DNA of 37,762 bases, taken from contig NC_057755.1 in assembly GCF_004010195.1 (NCBI RefSeq), positions 12,334,407-12,372,168 of the forward strand, read 5' to 3'. The notes beneath the pieces are model-generated. The model made no database searches. It was not told where the DNA came from and worked only from the letters and a program-made list of their open reading frames with translations. A program made the translations under genes and the position numbers. Shown here in pieces: positions 22,813 through 33,980 of this stretch; position 1 is the stretch's first letter; every line of letters starts with the position of its first letter. The DNA comes from Chiloscyllium plagiosum. Lineage: Eukaryota.

Positions 22813-23170
22813 CAAAATACTGAATGACCTGGACAGAGTAGATGTTGGGAAGATGTTCCCATTGGTAGGAGAGACGAGGACCCGAGGGCACAGCATTAGA
22901 GTAAAGGGAAGACCTTTTAGAACAGAGATAAGGAGAAACTTCTTCATCCAGAGAGTGGTGAATCTATGGAATTCATTGTCACAGAAGGCAGCAGAGGCCA
23001 GGTCATTGGGTATATTTAAAACTGGGGCAGATAGATTCATGAGTGTCAAGGGGAGAAAGTAGAAAAATGGAGTTAGGAAACTTATCAGCCATGCTAGGAT
23101 GGTGGAGTGGACTCAATGGGCTGAGTGGCCTAATTTCTGCTCCTATGTCTTATGGTCTTATGGCTCATAT
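22813..23170 (+). mobile_element. CR1 3' end
   Basis: LDRVDVGKMFPLVGETRTRGHS...RRNFFIQRVVNLWNSL, and a (tcttatgg)n-like tail. Confidence 0.9.
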
Positions 23171-23474
23171 GGTCTAATAAACTTATAAAATTTGGATTTT
23201 CCTTGCTGTTACCTGCTAGTATTTTCTCATTCCCCTCTTTTCACTTTCCTGATTTTTTTAAAGTAATCCCCTGCACTTTCTCTACTCCTCTCGGGCAACC
23301 ACTATTGAAACTTTGGAGCAGAAGTAGACCATTCAGCCCATCGAGTCTGCTCTGCCATTCAATCCTGTAACTAGTGGAGTGCCACTGGGATCAGTGATTG
23401 TCACAACTTCTTACAATATGTATTAATGATTTGGATCTGGTATTATGAACCAGGCCAGACCATCTTCAAAATAT

Positions 23475-23725
23475 GGAGAAAGTGAGGACTGCAGATGCTG
23501 GAGACCAGAGTTGAAAAATGTGATGCTGGAAAAACACAGCAGGCCAGGCAGCATCCAAGGTGCAGGAGAATCAACGTTTCGGGCATAAGCCCTTCTTCAG
23601 GAATCTCACTATTTTCTCTGACTCCACGCATAACTTTCCTCCTTCCTGAAGAAGGGCTTATGCCCGAAACGTCGATTCTCCTGCTCCTCGGATGCTGCCT
23701 GGCCTGCTGTGTTTTTCCAGCATCA
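23475..23725. mobile_element. Palindromic Penelope-derived insertion with hammerhead cores on both strands and a 14-bp TSD
   Basis: Arms at about 23518-23603 and 23643-23728. Each has CTGAAGA-A-GGGC(ttat)GCCC-GAAACGT(C/T). TSD catcttcaaaatat at 23461-23474 and 23726-23739. Confidence 0.85.
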
Positions 23726-23825
23726 CATCTTCAAAATATTTCAAGAAGGTAGCCTAGACCCAAATTTTTTCTTACTTTAAAGGCAGATGTGTTGTGAGTG
23801 TTCCAGGTGTGATGCAACTGGTCAA

Positions 23826-26130
23826 ACAAAGAACAAAGAAAATTACAGCACAGGAACAGGCCCTTCAGCCCTCCACGCCTGCGCCGATTCAGATCCTCTA
23901 TCTAAACCTGTCATCTATTTTCCACAGGCCTGTATTCCTCTGCTCCCTGCCCATTCATGTATCTGTCTAGATACTGCTTAAGTGATGCTATCGTGCCTGC
24001 CTCTACCACCTCCGCTGGCAATGTGTTCCAGGTACCCACCACCTTCTATGTAAAGAACCTTTCATGCATATCTCCCTTAAACTTTTCCCTTCTCACCTTG
24101 AACTTGTGAACCTTAGTAACTGAGTCCCCCACTCTGAGGAAAAAGCTTCTTGCTATCCACTCTGGCTATACCTCTCATGATTTTGTACACCTCAATCAGG
24201 TCCCCCCTCAACCTCCATCTTTCTAAGAAAAATAATCCTAATCTATTCAACCTCTCTTCATAGCTAGCACCCTCCATACCAGGCAACATCCTGGTCAATC
24301 TCTTCTGCACCCTCTCCACAATTCTTCTAGTAACGTCGTGACTAGAACGGTACGTAGTATTCCAAATCTGGCCGAACCAAAGTCTTACACAACTGTAACA
24401 TGACCTGCCAACTCTTGTGCTCAATATCCTGTCTGATGAAGTAAAGCATTGTGTATGCCTTCTAGACCACTCTATCAACCTATCAAGACCACTCTATCAA
24501 GTATGCCTTCTAGACCACTCTATCAAGTGGGCGGCACGGTGGCACAGTGGTTAGCACTGCTGCCTCACAGCGCCAGAGACCCGGGTTCAATTCCCGACTC
24601 AGGCGACTGACTGTGTGGAGTTTGCACATTCTCCCCGTGTCTGCGTGGGTTTCCTCCGGGTGCTCCGGTTTCCTCCCACAGTCCAAAGATGTGCAGGTCA
24701 GGTGAATTGGCCATGCTAAATTGCCCGTAGTGTTAGGTAAAGGGGTAAATGTACGGGAATGGGTGGGTTACGCTTCGGCGGGTCGGTGTGGACTTGTTGA
24801 GCCGAAGGGCCTGTTTCCACACTGTAAGTAATCTAAACCTGCATTGTCACCTTCAGGGCGCAATGGACCTGAACACCCACATCTCTCTGTTACATCAATA
24901 TTCCCCAGGACTTTTCCATTTACTGTATAATTCGCTCTTGAATTGGATCTTCCAAAATGCATCACCTTGCATTTGTCTGGATTGAACTCCATTTGCCATT
25001 TCTCCACCCAACTCTCCAAACCATCTACATTCTCTGACAATCCCCCTCACTATCTGTGACTCCACCAATCTTAGTGTCATCTGAAACCTTGCTAATCGGA
25101 CCACCTATACCTTCCTCCAGATCTTTTATGTACATGACAAATAACAATGGTCCGAGCACAGATCCCTGTGGAAGACCACTGGTCACAGTTCTCCATTTTG
25201 GGAAGCTTACTTTCACTATTACTCTCTGTCTCCTGTTGCCCAACTAGTTCTCTATCCATCTAGCTAGTACACTCATTTCTCCATCAGCCTACCATGGGGA
25301 ACCTTATTAAACGCCTTACTGAAGTCCATGTATAAGACATCTGCAACCCTTCCCTCATCAATCAACTTTGTCACTTCCTCAAAAAATTCTATTAAGTTGG
25401 TAAGACATGACCTTCCCTGCACAAAACCATGTTTCTGATCACTGATAAGTCCATTTTCTTCCAAATGAAAATAGATGCTATCCCTCAGTATCTTCTCCAA
25501 CGGCTTCCCTACCACTGATGTCAGGCTCATTGGTCTATAGTTAACTGGGTCATTCTAAACAAAGGGACGACATCAGCAATTCTCCAGTCCTCTGGGACCT
25601 CACCCGTGTTCAAGGATGCTGCAAAGATATCTGTTAAGGCCCCAGCGATTTCCTCTCTCGCTTCCCTCAGAAACCTAGGATTGATCCCATCTGGACCTGG
25701 TGACTTGTCCACCTTAATGCATTTTAGAATACCCAACACTTCCTCCCCTCTTATACCGACTTGACCTAGAGTAATCAAAGATCTATCCCTAACCTCAACA
25801 TCGGTAATGTCCCTGTCCTCGGTGAATACCGATGCAAAGTACTCGTTAAGAATCTCACTCATTTTCTCTGACTCCACGCATAACTTTCCTCCTTTGCCCA
25901 TGAGTGGGCCAACCCTTTCTCTCGTTACCCTCTTACTCCTTATATATGAATAAAAGGCTTTGGGATTTTCCTTTGTTCTGTTTGCTAAGGATATTTAATG
26001 ACCCCTTTAAGCCCTCTTAATTCCTCATTTCAGATTGGTCCTACTTTCCCGATATTCTTCCAAAGCTTCATCTGTTTTCAGTTGCCTCGGCCTTATGTAT
26101 GATTCCTTTTTCCTCTTAGCCAGTCTCACT
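23826..26130 (-). mobile_element. CR1/HER1-type LINE, 5'-truncated ORF2
   Basis: DKSPGPDGINPRFLRE, QKHGFVQGRSCLTNLIEFFE, YMDFSKAFNKVPH, SGLPQGSVLGP, SDDTKIGG, and a minus-strand ttctttgttctttgtt tail. Confidence 0.95.
24528..24835 (+). mobile_element. Full-length young HE1-like V-SINE
   Basis: gggcggcacggtggcacagtggttagc...gggttcaattccc...ccacactgtaagtaatcta, with CpGs largely intact. Confidence 0.95.
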
Positions 26131-27333
26131 GGGCTTTAAGCAAAACAGAGTTTATTTAAACACTACAGTTGAAACATGAACATCAGAAAGCAGAATTTAG
26201 AATAACTTAACTATTGGAAACTTCAATTAACATCCAATACAGTAACATCCCATAAACACACTCCTTGGCAAAAAGGTAGTTTCAAACACAGATTTTTACA
26301 GGCAGGAGGAAACAACATCCAGAGAGAGATTTCAGAGAAAGTCAGAGGAATCCTTTTTAGAAACTTGTAACTCATTTGGACTCTCACATCTTGTGATGCT
26401 GCAGCTAAAAAAAAGCTGGGAAGCCTGAACTGGAGAACTGGCCACTCCCATTCCATTGTTAAACTGTTAAACTCCCTGAACTCTTTGGCACCTCTGCCTT
26501 TATAACCTCTCTTCGAGAAAACCAAGGACAAAATGACCCTTTTAAAGTGACAACATCATCACAGAGGGAAATGAATGCACTATCGGCAAGTTTGAGCTTG
26601 ACACAAAAATAGGTGGGAAGGCCAAGTGGCAAAAATGACACAAAGGTTCTACTGAGGGATATGGACAGATTGCATGAATGGGAAAAATTGGCAATTAGAA
26701 TATAATGTGAAAACGTGCATGATTACTAACCTTGGCAGACAAAATAGGGGAGGTGTATGTTATTTAAATGGAAAGAGACTGCAGAAAGTGACAGAACAGA
26801 GGGATTTGTGATTTGTGTATGAATCTAGCTATCATACAAGTTCAACAGGTAATAGGGAATGTTGATCTTCATTTCATGTGAAATATAAAATGGAGTATAT
26901 GTCTTGCTAACAAAATATAGGGCACTATTGATCCACACAAGAATATTGTGAACGGTTTTCGTACCCGTTTCAATGGAAAGATATTCTGACAGTGAAGGCA
27001 GTGCAGAGATGGCTCACTAGTTTGATTCTGGATCTGGGAGGATTTTCTTATGAAGAAAGGTTGAGCATGTTTGTCTCATACTCATTACAGTTTAGAAGGA
27101 TGAGAGGTGACCCTAATGAAATATGTAAGATTCTTAGGCAGCTTGATGGTTGGATGCTCAGAGGATATTTTCCTTTGTGGAAGAGTCTGGAACCAGAGGG
27201 CATAGTCTCAGAGTACGAATTTGCTCATTAAGGACAGAGATGAGGAGGAATTTCTTCCCCCAGGAGATAGTGAATCTGTGAAACTCTATACTGCAGAGAA
27301 CTGTCAAATCTGAGTCACTAAGTGTATTCAAAA

Positions 27334-27610
27334 TTAGATTAGATTAGATTTTAGATTAGATTACATTACAGTGTGGAAACAGGCCCTTCGGCCCAACAAG
27401 TCCACACCGACCCGCCGAAGCGAAACCCACCCATACTCCTACCCCTTACCTAACACTACGGGCAATTTAGTATGGCCAATTCACCTGACCCTGCACGTCT
27501 TTGGATTGTGGGAGGAAACCGGAGCACCCGGAGGAAACCCACGCAGACACGGGGAGAACGTGCAAACTCTTCACAGTCAGTCGCCTGAGGCGGAAAATGA
27601 ACCCGGGTCC
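27334..27610 (-). mobile_element. HE1-like V-SINE, 5'-truncated, with extended (TAATC)n tail
   Basis: (attag)n run followed by cagtgtggaaacaggcccttcggcccaac..., ending at the B box. Confidence 0.9.
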
Positions 27611-27779
27611 ATTAAGATGGACAGCTTTTAATCACTAAGGAAATGGAGGGTTATGGGAATAAAGCAAGAAAATGGATTTGAGGACTACCAGATCAGCTGT
27701 TGGATGGTGGAGCAGATGCAATAGGTAAATTTCCTAAATCTCCCATGTCTTATGTTTAATGGTTTTATGGTCTTGAGAA

Positions 27780-28420
27780 CTGGGGGAACTAAAAATCGAT
27801 AAATGTGAACTATTAGAAAGGTTGTTTGTATGTAATGTTGATAAATCACTAGGATCAGATAAGTTGCAGCCAAGGATATTGAGGGAAATAAAGATAGAAA
27901 TTACAGAAGCTCTGGCAATATTCTCTCAATCCTGCTTCGATTCAGGAAGGACTAGAGTGATGTAACTAGAACAGTACAGCACAGAATCAGGCCCTTTGGC
28001 CCATCATCCTTGCTCATAAATGAATTCAGCACAGTAGCTACAGGCCAATACGTTCCTTTGTGATAGGGAAGGTATGAAAAATGATAATTTGAGATGAAAT
28101 TAAGTCAATTGTTTAAGTATATATTAACAAAGGAAAGCCATTATACATTTGTAGAGGTAAAATTGTGTTAAATTAACTTGCTTCAGCTTTTAGTGAGGTT
28201 CCAGAGATGGTTGATGAAGGCAAAGCAGTTGACGTGGTGTCCATGGATTTCCAAAAGGCATTTGATAAAGTGTCGTGTAACAAACTTATCAGCAAAATTT
28301 GAGTTGGTGAAACAAAGGGACCAGTAGCATGAATATAAAACTGGCTGAGTGCTGGAAACAGAGTAGTCATCAAATGTTTTTCATACTAGAGTGATGATTT
28401 CTACTGGCGATCCCTAGATC
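27780..28420 (+). mobile_element. Old CR1 RT fragment
   Basis: DKSLGSDKLQPRILRE and VDEGKAVDVVSMDFQKAFDKV. Confidence 0.75.
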
Positions 28421-28466
28421 CTAACTGGGGTAAGGGCTTCAGATCTTTGAATACATTTGGTCACAC

Positions 28467-28835
28467 TTCACTGGCTTTGTGAACTGGAAAACAAGTCCTG
28501 CTCTTCTTAGAATCAGTATAAAAGGTAAAGATTTTATTAAAATATGCAAAATCCCCGATGTCTTCCTTTTTAGACTCAGGTTGACAGAAACTAAGTGTGG
28601 TGCTGGAAAAGCACAGCCAGTCAGGCAGCATCAAGGAGCAGGAGAATCGATGTTTTGAGCATAAGCTCTCCGTCAGGAATGAGGGGGAAAAGCTTATGCT
28701 CGAAACGTCGACTCTCCTGCTCCTCGGATACTGCCCAACCGACTGTGTTTTTCCAGCACCACAATTTTCAACTGATCTGCAGCATCTGCAGTCCTCATTT
28801 TCTCTTCAGGTTGACAGCAAGCGTGGACCAGATTT
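28467..28835 (-). pseudogene. Candidate exon 1 (first in window) of antisense (pseudo)gene, disrupted by a TE insertion
   Basis: Removing the insertion plus one TSD copy gives a 139-nt open frame NLVHACCQPESKKEDIGDFAYFNKIFTFYTDSKKSRTCFPVHKASE ending at GAA|gtgtga (phase 0). Acceptor at 28835, or alternatively at 28854. Confidence 0.5.
28588..28805. mobile_element. Palindromic Penelope-derived insertion with a 12-bp TSD
   Basis: tgtggtgctggaaaagcacag...gagcataagct is mirrored by agcttatgctcgaaacgtc...ttccagcaccaca. TSD tcaggttgacag at 28576-28587 and 28806-28817. Confidence 0.85.
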
Positions 28836-28934
28836 CTGTACTTCACAACAATTGCTATTTGTTACAAATTAATAGATTTTAGCTATTGGGAATGGGGCAT
28901 GTAATGTACTGACATGGATAGAGAACTGTTTACA

Positions 28935-29670
28935 GAGTCATAGAGATCAAAAATACAGAAAAAGGTCCTTCAGCCCATTGTGTCAGTGCTGGCAAATACA
29001 ACCACCTAACTATTCTAATCCCATTTTCCAGCATTTGGCTCAGACCCTTTTAGCCCACATCAAAATACCTCTTAAATATTATGAGGGTTTCAGCCTCTCC
29101 CATGGCAGTGAGTTTGAGTTCCCAACACTCTCTGAATGAAAAATCTTTTTCCTCACATCTACTCGAACCATTCTGCCTCTTACCTTGAATCTATGCCCTT
29201 ATCATTGATCCCTCCTTCAAGGGATGGAGTTCCTTCCTATACCCAGTATATGCTCCTCATGGTTTTATACATCTCAATCTTGTCACCCCTCAAATCTCCT
29301 TTGTTCTAAGAAAAACAACCCAATCTGTCTGATCTCTCTTCATTAACTGCAATTCTCCAGCCCAGACAACATCCTGGTAAACCTCCTCAGCACCCTCTCC
29401 AGTGTCATAACACCCTTCCAATAATGTGGATTCCAGAGTTGCACATAATAATCTAGCTGTGGCCTTACCAATGTTTTATACAGGTACAGCATAACCTCCA
29501 AACTCGTAAAATCGATGCCTTGAATAATAAAGGCAAGTATCCAATATACCTTGTTAACTACTTTATTCACCTGTCCTTGAGGGATCAGTATACTGCACAT
29601 GGACATCAAGGTCCCTCTGATCCTAAATGCTTCCAAGGGTCCTACTGCTCATCACGTATTCCCTTGCATA
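28935..29670 (-). mobile_element. CR1 3' part
   Basis: LYKTLVRPQLDYYVQLWNPHY...LERVLRRFTRML. Confidence 0.9.
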
Positions 29671-29954
29671 AAACAATATAAAGAACTGCAGACGCTCGAA
29701 ATCTGAAATAAAAAAGAAACAAAAACAGAAATTGCTAGAGAAACTCAGCAAGTCTGGCAGCATTCTGCCCAAGAAGGCAAAGTTAACATTTTGAGTCCAG
29801 TGACCTTTTGCCAGAACATGTTTGAGTTTCTGCAGCAATTTCTGTTTTTGTTAAGCCTGCTCTGCCATTCAACAAGCTCATAGCTGATCTGACGACATTC
29901 CTCACGACTACTTTTCCGCTGTTTCCCAATAATCTTTGATTGCCTGAATGATCA

Positions 29955-30612
29955 CAGGTGGCAAAGTAGCCCAGTGGTTAGCACTGCTGCCTCACAGCAC
30001 CAGGGACCTGGGATCAATTCCAGACTTGGTTGACTGTCTGTGTGGAGTCTGCACATTCTCCCCATATCTATGTGGGTTTCCTCTGGGTGTTTCGGTTTCC
30101 TCCCACAATCCAAAGATGTGCAGGTCAGGTGAATTGACCATGCTGAATTGATTAGATTAGATTAGATTACTTACAGTGTGGAAACAGGCCCTTCAGCCAA
30201 CAAGTCCACACCGACCCGCCGAAGCGCAACCCACCCAGACCCTGCATTTACCCCTTCACCTAACACTACAGGCAATTTAGCATGGCCAATTCACCTGACC
30301 TGCACAATTTTTGGACTGTGGGAGGAAACCGGAGCACCCAGAGGAAACCCACGCAGACACGGGGAGAATGTGCAAACTCTACACAGTCCCTGAGGCAGGA
30401 ATTGAACCCGGGTCTCTGGCGCTGTGTGGCAGCAGAGCTAACCACTATGCCACCGTGCTGTCCGTAGTGTTCAGGGATGTGAAGGTTAGGTGCATTAGTC
30501 AGGGGTAAATATAGGGTATGGGTAGAAGAATGGGTCTGGATGATTGCTCTTCAGAGGGTTGGTGTGGACTTGTTGGGCCGTAGGGCCTGTTTCTACACTG
30601 TAGGGATTCTAT
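29955..30612 (+). mobile_element. HE1-like SINE containing an antisense HE1-like SINE (30151-30460)
   Basis: The host is split at tgctgaattg|...|tccgtagtgt. The insert has an (attag)n tail and a full head on the minus strand. Confidence 0.9.
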
Positions 30613-33460
30613 GATCAAGAACCTACCTATCTCAGTCTTTAATATATGCAAGGTCTCTGCCTCCATTGGTCACTGTGGCAAGGAGTTCCAAAGACTCAGA
30701 ACACTCTGAGAAAAGAAATACCTCCTCATCTCAGTCTTAAATTGGCACCCCTTTTGCCTGAGACTCTGCCCTCTGGTCCTCTACTCTTCCATGAGGGAAA
30801 ACATTCTCTCAGTTTCCTTAAATAAGGGGCCAAAACTCCTTTCAGTACTCCAGAGTACTGCACTCTCACTAGCACACTGTACAGTTGCAGTAAGACTTCC
30901 AGACTCTTATACTCCAACCCACTCGAAATAAGGGCTAATATTCCAACAGCCCTTCGATTAACCTGCTGCACCAGGAGTCGTTGAATCATCAAGTCCTACA
31001 GTACAGAGACAGGCCCTTCAGCCTAAACTGGTCCATCTTGACCAAAATGTCCATCCACGCTAACCCCATTTCCCTGCACTTGGCCAATATCCTTCTTAAA
31101 CTTTCCTATCTGCATATCTGTCCAATTGTATTTTAAATGTTGTTAATGTACCCGCCTCGATCATTTCCACTGGCAGCTCATTCCATATGTGTACCACCCT
31201 TTGTGTAAAAAAGCTGCCATTCAGATTCCCTTTAATTCCTTCCCCTCTAATCTTAAACTGATGCTCTCTACTCCTTGATTCCCCTGTCTACCTGGGAAAA
31301 AGACTGAGTGCATTCACCCTGTCCATGCCACTCATGATCTATACAAATCTATAACAGCCCCCTTCATTCTCTTACACTCTAAAGACAAAAGTTCTAGCTT
31401 GTCTAACATCAGCCTATAACTCAGGCTGTTGAATACTGGCAATATCTTTGTAAATTTCTCCTGCACTCTTTCCAGTTTAATGACATCCTTCCAAAAGCAA
31501 GGTGACCAAAACTGAGCACAATACTCCAAATGCAGCCTCACCAGCATCCTGTACAACAGCAACATAATTTCCCAACTTCTGTACTCAGTGCCCTCTCTGA
31601 TGAAGGCCAGTGTCTCAAAAGTCTTTTTCACCTCCCTGTCTACCTGTGACTGCACTTTCAGAGAACTGTGAACCTGGACTCCAAGAGTTTCACTCTGTTC
31701 CACTCCACTGTTTAAGGACTAACTATTCACTGTGAAACTCTTACCTTGATTTGATATCACAAAATGCAAGACCTCACACTTATCTTAAACTCCATTTGCC
31801 ATTTCTCGATGCACTTCCCCAGCTTATCAAGGTCCTGGTTCAATTTCTGATAACCTTCCTCACTATCCATGATAACCTTTCACATTGTCTGCGCGCTCAC
31901 TTTCTGTGTTTTGTAAACAAGTATCCCCATGTCCCTCAGGTTTGCAGCTTTCTGCAATTTTTTCTCTGTTTAACTAATACTCTGTCAGAGTCATAGAGTC
32001 AGAGGAATGTATAGCATGGAAACAGACCCTTCAGTCCAACTCATCCTAACCTAATCTAGTGCCATTTGCCAGCACTTAGCCCATATCCCTCTGAAACTAT
32101 CCTATTCATACATTCATTCAGATGTCTTTTAAATACTGTAATTGTACCAGTTTCCACCACTTCCTCTGGCAGAACATAGAACGTTACAGCGCAGTACAGG
32201 CCCTTCGGCCCTCTGTTGCGTCGACCTGTGAAAATAATCTGATGCCCATCTAACCTAAACTGCTCCATTATTATTCATATGTATGTCCAATGCCCATTGA
32301 AATGCCCTTAAACATGGTGAGAGTGCTACTGTTGCAGGCAGGCCATTTCACATCCTTACCTTGTTTGAGTAAATAAACTACCCCTAATATCTGTCTTAAA
32401 TCTATCACCCCTCAATTTATTCATGTAGGGAAGTGAGTTTGGATGGGTTACTCTTCAGAGGCTTGGTGTGGACTTGTTGGGCCAAAGGGCCTGTTTCCAC
32501 ACTGTGGGGAATCTAATCTAATCTACTTGTGCAGAGCTTTGGTGAGACTACACCTTGAATATTGCATGCAGTTTAGGTCTCCACATTTGCAGAAGGATGT
32601 TCTGGCTATGGAGGGTGTGCAACGATGATTTACCAAACTGATTTCTGAGATGGCAAGTCTGATGTATGAAAAAGATTGCTTTGCCTTGGGTAGGTTAGGA
32701 CTAAATTAAAAACTTCAGTTTGCCCATTATGTGCAGCACTGGTTGCCACACTATAGGAACGATGGGAAGGCTTCGGAGAAGTGCAAAAGAAGCTTACCTG
32801 GATATTGATTGGAGTGGAGTGTATTAGCTATAATGAGAGATTGGACAAACTTAGATTGTTTTTGCTCGAGCATCAGAGGTTGAGGGGTGGCCTGATAGAG
32901 GTATATGAAAATATGAGAGGATTGGGTAGGGTGGATGGTCAGAGTCTTTTTTTCCCAAGGTGGTAATGTCAAATACCAGTGGCATAGGTTTAAGGCAAGG
33001 GCGTGCAGTTTGAGAGATGTGAGAGGCAAGTTTGTTTTTGCTCAGAGGATAGTAGGTGCCTGGAATGTGCTGCCAAGGGAGGTGGTAGAAGCAGCTACAA
33101 TAGTCATGTTTAAGAGGCATTTAAACAGACACATGAACTGGCAGAGAATAGAAGGATATGGACCATATGCAGGTAGATGGGATTAGTTTAGGATGGCAAC
33201 ATAGTTGGCACAGACAGCGTCTGTTCCTGTTCTATGTTCTATATTCACAGAGGTTCAGAAGAACAAGGTGAGCTATCTTATAGAAACCTATAAAAATCTA
33301 ACAGGACTAGATAGGGTAAACAGAAAGCAGTTGGTGCCAAAACACAAGGCTATCAAGAAGGAATTAGAGTTAAAGGGTTCAAAGGGGATAGGGAGAAAGC
33401 AGGATCAGGGTATGATCATATTGAATGGCATAACTGGCCTGATGAGTCAAATGACCTACT
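30613..33460. mobile_element. Cluster of CR1 3' fragments (minus strand at about 30613-32420, plus strand at about 32526-33460) with a SINE tail at 32420-32525
   Basis: Repeated LVRxHLEYCxQFW / SYxERL / RLRGxLIEVY motifs in the ORFs at 30726, 31332, 32443, 32781 and 32935. Confidence 0.85.
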
Positions 33461-33466
33461 CCAGCT

Positions 33467-33980
33467 TGTGATGGTACTGTGCCTTTAAGAAGGATTTGTT
33501 CTTGCTGTTTATCGTGTTGTCTGTGGTACCATAATGCCTGCTTCAGAAGCAGTGGGTAAACAGCTTTGAGCTCCCAGACTGTTTCTTTTTCAATTGGACA
33601 AATGAAGCATGAATGTATATAGTCAGGTTCACACAGACCCAAGGCTTTAGTTCTGCTTTCAGCTGAAGTCGGAAATTTTTGGGAGTCGCCTGTTGAAGAT
33701 GCTGGATACAGCTCTCTCTGCTTTTGAATTCTTTCTTTGCTGCTAGGTTGCTCATTTTGCTGCTCTTTTCTCCTGGACTGGAGATAACACATGAGAAAAT
33801 CTGTTTTGCTGAATTTGTTATTGTCAGGCTGTGTTTATGGGATGCTGCTACATTGGAACAATTGATGAGTAGTAGTTAAATAATATATTTGTTTGTTAAG
33901 TATTGCAATAGAGTTAACATTATGCCAATTTGTTTCTTTATTGTTTGCATTTTAATTGTGGTTAAACTATAAGAATAAAG
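33467..33980 (+). mobile_element. LTR-like fragment
   Basis: Starts with TG (tgtgatgg...ctttaagaagg), is non-coding, has aataaa near its end, and resembles the element at 23441-26563. Confidence 0.45.

Larger units (their letters stand above)
23441..26563 (-). mobile_element. Solo-LTR-like element (23441-23825 and 26130-26563) with nested insertions
   Basis: Non-coding insertion in a CR1. The minus-strand start tgtgatgatgttgtcactttaaaagg resembles tgtgatggtactgtgcctttaagaagg at 33467. It has an internal aataaa on the minus strand. Confidence 0.5.
23364..27770 (+). mobile_element. CR1 RT fragment (23364-23440 and 26564-27770) split by an LTR-like insertion
   Basis: PVTSGVPLGSV...INDLD continues after the insertion as EGNECTIGKF..DTKIGG...AVQRWLTSLI..GGFSYEERL. 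Confidence 0.75.

Noticed and set aside
23190..23300. Minus-strand CAG|gtaaca donor suggesting another exon
   Set aside because: It translates as EKILAGNSKENPNF, a CR1 ORF2 linker motif, so it is a TE fragment.
24528..24600. tRNA-like sequences with A and B boxes (several copies)
   Set aside because: These are SINE heads continuous with the V-core and LINE-derived tail, not tRNA genes.
27022..27063. LILDLGGFSY resembles the hexokinase exon 3 motif LDLGG
   Set aside because: The context is AVQRWLTSLILDLGGFSYEERL, a decayed CR1 ORF2 motif (LIPGMxGLSYEERL). There are no suitable splice sites and no further hexokinase similarity.
28443..28524. Plus-strand IFEYIWSHFTGF resembles the start of hexokinase exon 4 (LFEYV/LFDHV)
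   Set aside because: It lacks the conserved LGFTFSFPC motif, has a poor acceptor and the wrong length. The minus-strand exon explains this island better.
33439..33460. CTGATGA-GTC(aaat)GAC looks like a hammerhead start
   Set aside because: No GAAA follows. It is a mutated CR1 3'-tail hairpin (gatgggccgaatggcct).
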